Shown here in pieces: positions 8,400 to 15,541 of a DNA stretch of 38,771 nt. The stretch is from Acutalibacteraceae bacterium (GTDB taxonomy: Bacteria > Bacillota > Clostridia > Oscillospirales > Acutalibacteraceae). The notes under the pieces were generated by a model that searched no databases, was not told the DNA's origin, and saw only the letters and a program-made list of their open reading frames with translations. Position 1 is the first letter of the stretch. Each line of letters opens with the position of its first letter. The stretch covers positions 1 through 38,771 of the forward strand of contig JAZQHX010000318.1 in assembly GCA_045540835.1 (NCBI GenBank), written 5' to 3'. The translations under genes were made by a program, and so were the position numbers.

Positions 8400-10118
8400 T
8401 TATATTGATGGCGCCGGCATATAATTAACCGTAACACCTTTTCGCATAGGAACCTCAATAGTTGGCAATGGTGCAGTGTCAGGCAAGTCTACCGTTCCGA
8501 TGAATTTGTAATGTATTTTTAACCGCTGAATGTTTACTCCATCAACCTTTTCGATAGTATAAACCTCTATATGATCAATTAGCTCATTTAACATAACAGG
8601 GTTAAGTTTTTTAACACGAGTATATTTTTTTACTGTAGAAATAAAACTGTCTATCGTACTGTATTTCGATTCATCGGTTTCGATTTCTGCTTGCAACTTA
8701 CTGATTAACTCAGAAACTTCCTTTTGTTCTTCTTCGTACTTTGCAGCCATTTTCTTAAAACGTTCGTCAGATAATTTACCGGATACATTATCTTCGTATA
8801 TATTCTCGAACAGTTTGTCAAGTTCCTTATCCCTTTTTTTGAGAGTTTTAAGCTGTTGGGTTCTTGATTCTTTTTTGGAATGATATACCGTTTTAGAGTA
8901 ATCTGCAACAAGTTTGGTAAATTGATCCTCGTATCGAGTCGCAAAACGGGTGAGACGTCTGATTTCACCAAGCACTACTTCCTCAAGAAAATCCACGCGG
9001 ATATGATGTGAAGAAAAGCAAGTCTTTCTTTTGCCGCTATTGTAGTTTGGACAGTTAAAATACTTAATACTATTATTCTTTTGATGAAAATGATAGTTTA
9101 AGTTGCGCCCACAATCGCCGCAAATTAATAACCCGCAAAACATATTTCTCTCACCATCATTATTATTCCTACTTCTGGTTCCTTTCTTCTCATTATTCCT
9201 TCTTTCGAGATTAGCTTCAAATAATTCTCTTTCAATTATTGCAGGATTCACATCTTTAAATATCATCATATCTTCAGGTTTGTTCGCAAAACGCTGCTTC
9301 TTTTTGTAAGAGATTGAATATGTTTTGAAGTTAATTATATCGCCGCAGTATTCCTGGGTTGAAAGAATTTTAAGAATTGTTGAATGACCCCATTGATATG
9401 GGTTAGGATGTCTTCTGTTTCCGGCACGTTTGATGCCCTTCCTTGAAAGATACTCTAAAGGAGTCAGTATTTTTTCGTCGGTTAATATATTAGCTATCTG
9501 CAGTGGCCCCATACCGTTATAATAAAGAATATGAATTCTTCGCACAACGGGAGCAACCTCGACATCTATTGCCCAATGATAGGGGTCGTCCGGTATTTTC
9601 ATATAACCATATGGCGGGGGAGATAGAGGCATTCCGGCACTGCCGCGTATTTTGTTGCTTATTCTACGCTTTTTGCTAATATCTCGTGCATACCATTCAT
9701 TGAACAGATTCTTTATTGGTGCAAATTCGTTATCACCTTCATCACTGTCAATGTTATCAGATACAGCTACAAGGCGGACACTATGTTCAGGAAGAAAATC
9801 TTCAATCAATCTTCCTACTTCAATATAGTTTCTACCAAGACGAGATAAATCCTTGACGAATACTGCCGAGACCTTTCCAGTTTCAATAAGCTTTATCATA
9901 TTATTGAATTCCGGGCGGTTCATTGTAACGCCTGAAACACCATCATCGCAGAAAATCTTTATGTCGGTGTAGCCGTAGTCCTTGGCGATTTTTAAAAGTA
10001 ACTTTTTCTGATTGCTGATACTATAGCTTTCGCCTTCCAAATCATCATCTCGAGATAATCTTACATATATGCAAGCGATGCCAAGGCGGACTAAAGTATT
10101 GAGATTTGACTTTGACAC
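8400..10118 (-). CDS. Large serine recombinase (integrase)
   Basis: 572 aa with a GTG start after AGGAGG. N-terminal resolvase catalytic motif IYVRLSRDD. Central recombinase domain, Cys-rich zinc ribbon (CGLLICGDCG...FNCPNY) and C-terminal coiled coil. Confidence 0.9.
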   Translation of the reverse strand: MSKSNLNTLVRLGIACIYVRLSRDDDLEGESYSISNQKKLLLKIAKDYGYTDIKIFCDDGVSGVTMNRPEFNNMIKLIETGKVSAVFVKDLSRLGRNYIEVGRLIEDFLPEHSVRLVAVSDNIDSDEGDNEFAPIKNLFNEWYARDISKKRRISNKIRGSAGMPLSPPPYGYMKIPDDPYHWAIDVEVAPVVRRIHILYYNGMGPLQIANILTDEKILTPLEYLSRKGIKRAGNRRHPNPYQWGHSTILKILSTQEYCGDIINFKTYSISYKKKQRFANKPEDMMIFKDVNPAIIERELFEANLERRNNEKKGTRSRNNNDGERNMFCGLLICGDCGRNLNYHFHQKNNSIKYFNCPNYNSGKRKTCFSSHHIRVDFLEEVVLGEIRRLTRFATRYEDQFTKLVADYSKTVYHSKKESRTQQLKTLKKRDKELDKLFENIYEDNVSGKLSDERFKKMAAKYEEEQKEVSELISKLQAEIETDESKYSTIDSFISTVKKYTRVKKLNPVMLNELIDHIEVYTIEKVDGVNIQRLKIHYKFIGTVDLPDTAPLPTIEVPMRKGVTVNYMPAPSI

Positions 10119-10182
10119 AAATCCTCCTTTCCGCAGTCAAATACACAGCACAATGCATTGGTACTATAGCTGCAAAAGGAGT

Positions 10183-10362
10183 TTAGCGTGAGAGCTCAAC
10201 GTCAAACTGCATCATTCTTATGAGAGCGGTTGTGAGGGTATTATGGCCGTCGGTTTTAAAAACCGGTTCAACCATAAATACCAATCCGTTTTTTGCTTTG
10301 TAGGTTTGTTCTTTTGCTAAATTCTCTTTTGGCTTTTTCTTATAGCGATTATTATCAGCCAT
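10183..10362 (-). CDS. 59-aa mini-protein upstream of the recombinase, TnpW-like by position and pattern
   Basis: Not in the ORF track (below the size cutoff). ATG at 10362 after a GGAGGTG RBS. Product MADNNRYKKKPKENLAKEQTYKAKNGLVFMVEPVFKTDGHNTLTTALIRMMQFDVELSR. Small ORFs of this type precede serine recombinases in clostridial transposons (Tn4451 TnpW), recalled from memory. Confidence 0.45.
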   Translation of the reverse strand: MADNNRYKKKPKENLAKEQTYKAKNGLVFMVEPVFKTDGHNTLTTALIRMMQFDVELSR

Positions 10363-10437
10363 ATTTACACCTCCGAATTCCTTGTATGAAAATCGAGGTA
10401 CAATGCACTGCTATAGTATAACGCCTATTGCAACTCG

Positions 10438-10466
10438 ATTTTACACGTATCAAAAAAAGTTGTCAA
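10438..10466 (-). promoter_or_regulatory. Consensus promoter for the mini-ORF/recombinase transcript
   Basis: On the minus strand: TTGACA (10466-10461), 17-nt spacer, TAAAAT (10443-10438). Confidence 0.5.
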
Positions 10467-10940
10467 AATTTTCAATTTAAAAAAATAATAAAAATTAGTT
10501 TAAAAGCCTTATTTTATCAGCAATGTGAAAATTATAAAATTTTGTGATTTGCGAATTTTTTCAGCCCCATTCGCGAGGGATACACTGCATCGGTTGACTA
10601 CAAAGTGCACCGGGTGCACCAAGTTCCGCATTACATATAATTCACAATTTATATATAGCCACTCATTTGGCGCCGCTAAGCTGTTCGGCAAGTATCATTA
10701 TTCGGTATCATGGCAGCTGTTAATAGTCAGTAAACAGATTTTTCGCAAAAAGCGCCGCTCACCGAATTGTTATGCAGTGTACTACTATGATGCAAATGCA
10801 TATTTGTCAAGGTACGACGGGTAGATTTTCCCTTGTACAAAATAAGTGGATTTTTCGAACAATTTTCTCCCCCTGTAAAATGAAAAAAGATTCGAGAAAA
10901 TTTACTCGAATCTTTGGCTACTATGACAGTTCGTATTTAT

Positions 10941-10969
10941 TTGACAATATTTTCGCTCTATGCTAAAAT
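10941..10969 (+). promoter_or_regulatory. Promoter of the small-toxin mRNA
   Basis: TTGACA (10941-10946), 17-nt spacer, extended -10 TGcTAAAAT (hexamer 10964-10969). Confidence 0.55.
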
Positions 10970-11070
10970 TTATTTGATGCAGCAATGCATCCCTAAGGGC
11001 TACCATAACGGGTAGGCGGTTAGCTCTCCATCTGGAGGGCGCTTTCCCTCCGGAAAGGAGGGCGGTGCCA

Positions 11071-11157
11071 ATGGTTACATATAATGATTTGTTCCTTTTA
11101 GGGACGCTTATTGTATCAATCATCGCACTTGTTGTTACTGTAAACAAAAAGAAATAA
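11071..11157 (+). CDS. 28-aa hydrophobic peptide, type-I-toxin / holin-like-toxin type
   Basis: Product MVTYNDLFLLGTLIVSIIALVVTVNKKK: one TM helix plus a KKK tail. SD AAAGGAGGG lies 8 nt upstream. A CCCTCC anti-SD (11046-11051) is flanked by two GGAGGG copies (11034-11039 and the SD at 11057-11062). Confidence 0.6.
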   Translation: MVTYNDLFLLGTLIVSIIALVVTVNKKK

Positions 11158-11235
11158 CCGCCCGGTCTCAAACAAGCGGTTATAACTTTTAAACCAATTT
11201 TTTGAGGGCTAACCGTCTATCGGTAGTCCTTTTGT
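11140..11235 (-). ncRNA. Predicted antisense (antitoxin) sRNA convergent with the toxin gene; ends approximate
   Basis: A perfect minus-strand promoter lies just upstream (11242-11270). The transcript would run into the toxin 3' end and stop codon, and end after the 11155-11182 hairpin plus a T-run. Confidence 0.45.
11155..11190. terminator. Bidirectional terminator-like hairpin shared by the toxin mRNA and antisense RNA
   Basis: 7-bp stem TAACCGC/GCGGTTA (11155-11161/11176-11182) with U-rich sequence on both strands. Confidence 0.4.
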
Positions 11236-11241
11236 ATTTGT

Positions 11242-11270
11242 ATTATAACACATTACGTGTGAGGTGTCAA
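11242..11270 (-). promoter_or_regulatory. Consensus extended -10 promoter for the antisense RNA
   Basis: Minus strand: TTGACA (11270-11265), 17-nt spacer, TGtTATAAT (hexamer 11247-11242). Confidence 0.6.
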
Positions 11271-11350
11271 ACAGTAATTTTCTTTGATTTCTTTTCTAGT
11301 TGCTTTTTTGTTGCCTTTGGTATATAATTGTCGCAAAAGGTGGGTTTTGA

Positions 11351-11515
11351 ATGTTAGGAAAGATTTATGCTTGCGATAATTGCGGATTTTTGTTTATTCG
11401 TTCGGGCGAATGCGAGCAATGCCCCGATTGCGGTAAAAGGCAGGTAAGGTTTGCGAATTCAAAGGAAAAAGAGGAACTGCTTGAAAGGCTTAAAGAAGAT
11501 AAGGAAAACAAGTAG
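11351..11515 (+). CDS. 54-aa zinc-ribbon mini-protein
   Basis: Not in the ORF track. RBS AAAGGTGGG. Product MLGKIYACDNCGFLFIRSGECEQCPDCGKRQVRFANSKEKEELLERLKEDKENK, with CxxC...CxxCxxC and a charged tail. Possible promoter TTGCTT-17-TATAAT at 11300-11328. Confidence 0.6.
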   Translation: MLGKIYACDNCGFLFIRSGECEQCPDCGKRQVRFANSKEKEELLERLKEDKENK

Positions 11516-11528
11516 AGTAATGCCTATA

Positions 11529-11557
11529 TTGACAAAAGAGATAAAATATCATATAAT
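11529..11557 (+). promoter_or_regulatory. Consensus sigma-A promoter P1 (operon 1)
   Basis: TTGACA (11529-11534), 17-nt spacer, TATAAT (11552-11557). Confidence 0.7.
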
Positions 11558-11656
11558 AATTATGTTCTAAGGTTTGATTTAACTCCCGTTTAATCGGGCG
11601 TTTGTTTGAGTTAAGAGGTCGGATTTATCCTGTTAGGATAAGTCCGCTTTTTTGTT
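11552..11656 (+). repeat. Conserved leader, copy 1 (partner at 20839-20943)
   Basis: Manual alignment gives 103/105 identical positions. Both mismatches (11632, 11634) fall in the loop of terminator T1. Contains a nested stem TTAACTC..CCCG-TTTAAT-CGGG..GAGTTAA. Confidence 0.85.
11617..11653 (+). terminator. Leader terminator T1 (copy 1)
   Basis: About 11-bp stem CGGATTTATCC/GGATAAGTCCG followed by TTTTTT. Confidence 0.7.
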
Positions 11657-11690
11657 TTTAAAAGTTAATAAACCCAAGCGGCCAATCAAG

Positions 11691-11736
11691 ACCGTATCAG
11701 CACTATCCTTTGTGGTAGGTTGGTACGGTTTTTTTG
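11691..11736 (+). terminator. Leader terminator T2 (copy 1)
   Basis: Long interrupted stem ACCGTATCAGC.../...GTTGGTACGGT followed by 7 T. Confidence 0.65.
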
Positions 11737-11776
11737 TTTATATAAAAAACCGTAAAAGAAAGGACTGATGTAAAAA

Positions 11777-14776
11777 GTGTCAACCCCACCTCTGATTCGG
11801 GTATCCTGTCGGGATAAGGTCGAAAATATCGGTATTGAGACCTATTCGGATATGGTTGTATTCGATTCAGAAAAAACACTTGTTGCCATGAGAATCGGTG
11901 GTTATCCGGAATCGGTGCAGGCGATGTCTCAGGCAATCCAAACGGGATGCTCTCTTGAGCTTAAAGGCAAAAGAGAAACATTCCACGTACAAACCAAAGG
12001 CGGTAGAAAATATGAGAAAAGGACATCTCATGACGGCATTTATGCCGAAGGTATGTTTTACCTTAAAGACGATACCGCACATTCGCTGTCTCTTGATGAC
12101 GATGAGCGCAGCGAGAAGGAAGCAGTAGCCTTAAAGCAAAACCTATACTTTTTCTGTAGGGATGACGATGAACTGTATCAGGAGCTCGACAAAAAGCTTT
12201 CGGTGCCATTGATACCCGAGTTCAAAGAATATTTTCTTTCAGAATTAAAGCGTAGGAAACTACTGAAACCATTGCAGGTTTACTGTATCGGCAGAAAATT
12301 TGATGGCTGGGAAATGAGTATCTCAGACAACGAGGCAGCGGTTATAAAGGTTCTTGAGGACGGACTGAAATCGGGGACAATAGAAATCCCCGGCGGTAAG
12401 AACGGCAATCAGGCGGTATTTGCGAATATTAAAAGCTTTACCGACTATTTGCACGACTTTGGAACTATGATAGCTGACCGTATAAAACAGAATTTTCCGC
12501 CAAGATACAATCCCGCAGAGGAATCTATCTGTGCCGAGCTTAAAGAAGTCAATCAGTATGTAATAGACCATGCGGGCTATTCGCTTTTTGATGCGCAGCT
12601 TGGTGCGGCTGAAGGACTTAAAAGGCAGCTTCAAAAGGACAAGATGGCTTTACTTGTAGCTGAATGCGGCACAGGTAAAACCAAAATCGGCAGTGCGGCA
12701 ATATATGCACATCAGCACTCTAACCCCAAAAGCCGAGTATATAACAAGGCGTTCAATGTTATTATTTGCCCTTCACATATTACAGGCAAATGGGTAAGAG
12801 AACTGCATGAAACAATACCGAACTGCTATGCGGAACACGTTCAGACAATGGCTGATGTAGATGCGCTTTATGACCTTTATTTAAAGGAAAATAAAACAGT
12901 GTACTGTATTCTTTCCAAGGAAACCGCCCGTAACGGCTATATGAAAAAGCCTGCGGTTAAATGGAATAGAGTAAGGCGCGGATTTGAGTGTCCTCACTGT
13001 GGCGCCATACAAATGATGCCTATTATGGAAGATGGCGTTCAACTTCTTGTAAAAGCTAACGCTAATTACTTTCTGAACGAAACCGGCAGGAACCATAAGT
13101 GCCGAGACTGCGGCGAGCCCTTGTGGTCTATGATAAACCCAAATGACCTTTCCCCAAAGCGTAACGAATGGGTGCGAATAGGAGGGTATGGATTTGTTCA
13201 TAGACAGTTTTTAGGCGAGGCTATAAGCTTTTGCAAGAAAAAGGATGTTATGGCAAAAATATATGAAATAGCAGATAATCCCGACGGTGTTTTTCCTGCT
13301 GTCGGTGCTTATGAACGGTATCCGCTATCTGCATATATTAAACGCAGAATCAGGCACATTGATGCCTTGCTTGTGGATGAGCTTCATCAGTATTCCGGCG
13401 AGAGTGCTCAAGGTCAGGCTATGGCAGAGCTTGCAGGTATATCGGATAAGGTTGTCGGTATGACAGCCACCCTTATTAACGGATACGCAAAAGGTATTTT
13501 CTATCTTCTTTTCAGACTCAAGGCACACCTTATGCTGGAGGATAACCACCGTTATAATAACTCAAAGGATTTTTGTTATCAGTACGGAGTTGTCGAGCAG
13601 GTATATGAGGTTGAGGCAGATAAATATAACTCTGCTTCCAAATGCTCTAAAAAGAAGGTAAGGGAAAAGTTTTTGCCCGGAATATCCCCGATAGTGTATT
13701 CAAGATTTTTGCTTGAAAACGCTGTGTTTTTATCACTTGCGGATATGGGTAAAGAGCTTCCTGATTACGAAGAAATACCTGTTTTCTGCAAAATGCTCGA
13801 TGAAATATGCGACGAGTATAAGAGACTTGAAAATGAATTCAGGTCAATTATGGCAAAGTCGCAGAAAATCGGCAAACGTATTATGTCGGCATATATGAGC
13901 CTGCTAACAGCCTATCCCGACCAACCCTACGGACACGAGCCACTTTATAACCCATTTAACCGTGAAGAGCCCCTTATCGAACCTAAAGGCTTTGGCGACA
14001 GCGATGTGCTTCAGCCTAAGGATGAGCAGGTTATGGAGCTTATTGAAGGGAAAATTGCAGCAGGGGAGCGTGTAATAATATACACCGCTTGGACAAGGTT
14101 AGATACCCAGACGAAGCTGCATAAGGCTCTCACCGAAAAGGGCATATCTGCTGCAATTCTTGACCAAAGGGTGCCTACTGTAAAGCGTGAGGCCTGGGTA
14201 GATAAACGCTTAGCAGAGGGTGTTAAGGTTCTTATAGTAAATCCCGCACTTGTTGAAACGGGACTTGACCTTAATGCTTTTACAACCCTTATTTTCTATA
14301 ACATAGCCTTTAACTTATATATTTTCCGTCAAGCCGCAAGGCGAAGCTGGAGAATAAATCAGACAGCGCCAAAAGTTGAGGTGTATATGTTCTGCTATCA
14401 GGATACTATGCAGCAACGAGCACTTAAGCTTATGGCTTCAAAGCTATCGGCAGCTACTGTTATAGAGGGTAATATATCCGATGAAGGTTTGGCGGCGATG
14501 TCGGCTTGTGAGGATATGACTACTCAGCTTGCAAAGGAGCTTATGTTAGGGCTTAAGGATAATACCGAGTCTTTGGCCGAAAGCTTTAAAAAGATGGCTA
14601 TTCATAATGAGCGCAAAGCCGAGCCTGTTAAAAAGATTGTGGTAACGCTACCGCAGGTAGAAAAGCCAAAACCAAAACCGATAGAAACATCGGCAAAAAC
14701 TATTAAATTCAGAGAAACCACCGGTAATAAGTACGATACGGGTCAGCTTAGTATTTTTGACCTTATTGCATCTTAA
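11777..14776 (+). CDS. SF2 (SNF2/DEAD-like) helicase with an embedded zinc ribbon
   Basis: 999 aa with a GTG start. Motif I AECGTGKT, motif II LLVDELHQY, motif III MTATLING, C-terminal RecA-like lobe (LIVNPALVETGLDLN, FRQAARRSWRINQ). A CPHCG...CRDCG insertion lies between motifs I and II. Confidence 0.8.
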   Translation: MSTPPLIRVSCRDKVENIGIETYSDMVVFDSEKTLVAMRIGGYPESVQAMSQAIQTGCSLELKGKRETFHVQTKGGRKYEKRTSHDGIYAEGMFYLKDDTAHSLSLDDDERSEKEAVALKQNLYFFCRDDDELYQELDKKLSVPLIPEFKEYFLSELKRRKLLKPLQVYCIGRKFDGWEMSISDNEAAVIKVLEDGLKSGTIEIPGGKNGNQAVFANIKSFTDYLHDFGTMIADRIKQNFPPRYNPAEESICAELKEVNQYVIDHAGYSLFDAQLGAAEGLKRQLQKDKMALLVAECGTGKTKIGSAAIYAHQHSNPKSRVYNKAFNVIICPSHITGKWVRELHETIPNCYAEHVQTMADVDALYDLYLKENKTVYCILSKETARNGYMKKPAVKWNRVRRGFECPHCGAIQMMPIMEDGVQLLVKANANYFLNETGRNHKCRDCGEPLWSMINPNDLSPKRNEWVRIGGYGFVHRQFLGEAISFCKKKDVMAKIYEIADNPDGVFPAVGAYERYPLSAYIKRRIRHIDALLVDELHQYSGESAQGQAMAELAGISDKVVGMTATLINGYAKGIFYLLFRLKAHLMLEDNHRYNNSKDFCYQYGVVEQVYEVEADKYNSASKCSKKKVREKFLPGISPIVYSRFLLENAVFLSLADMGKELPDYEEIPVFCKMLDEICDEYKRLENEFRSIMAKSQKIGKRIMSAYMSLLTAYPDQPYGHEPLYNPFNREEPLIEPKGFGDSDVLQPKDEQVMELIEGKIAAGERVIIYTAWTRLDTQTKLHKALTEKGISAAILDQRVPTVKREAWVDKRLAEGVKVLIVNPALVETGLDLNAFTTLIFYNIAFNLYIFRQAARRSWRINQTAPKVEVYMFCYQDTMQQRALKLMASKLSAATVIEGNISDEGLAAMSACEDMTTQLAKELMLGLKDNTESLAESFKKMAIHNERKAEPVKKIVVTLPQVEKPKPKPIETSAKTIKFRETTGNKYDTGQLSIFDLIAS

Positions 14777-14810
14777 AACCGATGGCATTTTTTATTTAAG
14801 GAGAAATTAA

Positions 14811-15308
14811 ATGCTAAATAAATTGCGTGGAATTTTACGGCAAATTGCAATTGGAAAGGATAAAATAATCGAAATTTCCGCCTCGCTTGAGCCGGAGAAA
14901 AAATCCTGCAATATCACCGAACTTTTTGAAAGTATTGTAAAGAAGGTATATGAGAATCGAGAATCGCTCAAAAGATGTATTGTGGATTGCGATGTAAATT
15001 CAAAGAATTTCGCAATAATTACTCTTGATATGAAAAAAATATCGAAGCGTAAACAAAGACAGTACAATTTGCATCGATTGTTTGATGGCACTTTTAACAT
15101 ACAACGGTGTTCGTTTTGTGGCTGTCAATTTCTTACATACTTTCCCTATACTTACAGAGAATATGCGGGATGTGTCGGAAGGTCTTACGAATGTATAACG
15201 TGCAGAAATTTTGATAATAAATCAGCTCACGAAATTATTGTTGTTCGTAAAAAGAAAGGCGCAAAAGCCGCAAAAAAATTTCAATTAAAATTGTTTGAGG
15301 TGAAATAA
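14811..15308 (+). CDS. Hypothetical protein with a C-terminal Cys cluster
   Basis: 165 aa with RBS AAGGAG. Contains CSFCGC...CITC. No family recognised. Confidence 0.6.
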   Translation: MLNKLRGILRQIAIGKDKIIEISASLEPEKKSCNITELFESIVKKVYENRESLKRCIVDCDVNSKNFAIITLDMKKISKRKQRQYNLHRLFDGTFNIQRCSFCGCQFLTYFPYTYREYAGCVGRSYECITCRNFDNKSAHEIIVVRKKKGAKAAKKFQLKLFEVK

Positions 15309-15533
15309 ATGAGTTACATAAGAAAACCAAAAATACGGATAGATTTCGATTCCCCTGATGGCAATATTTTTGTAATAAGGGCAAAGGCAATAGGCGCTAT
15401 AAAAGCCTTTTACGTTCTCGATAAAGCAGAAAAGCTTAAAGAGTTTGATGAAAAATGGGAGCAGATAAAGGATAAAACCTATGAGGATGCTCTTAATGTT
15501 ATCAGAGAGTTTGTTGAGATTGAAGAGGAATAG
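15309..15533 (+). CDS. Hypothetical small acidic protein
   Basis: 74 aa with RBS GAGGTG. The start abuts the upstream stop. Confidence 0.6.
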   Translation: MSYIRKPKIRIDFDSPDGNIFVIRAKAIGAIKAFYVLDKAEKLKEFDEKWEQIKDKTYEDALNVIREFVEIEEE

Positions 15534-15541
15534 GTGAAATT

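Noticed and set aside
10525-11171. ORF-track ORFs 10525-10824 (+), 10772-10966 (+) and 10902-11171 (-) in the recombinase-proximal intergenic region
   Set aside because: They have no RBS and poor, Cys/Phe/Tyr-rich composition. They overlap promoters and the small toxin/antisense module, which explains the region better.
11724-11754. 11-bp alternative hairpin TACGGTTTTTT/AAAAAACCGTA overlapping the 3' arm of leader terminator T2
   Set aside because: It is not conserved in the second leader copy, so it is unlikely to be the core of a shared antitermination mechanism. It is mentioned under the leader finding only.
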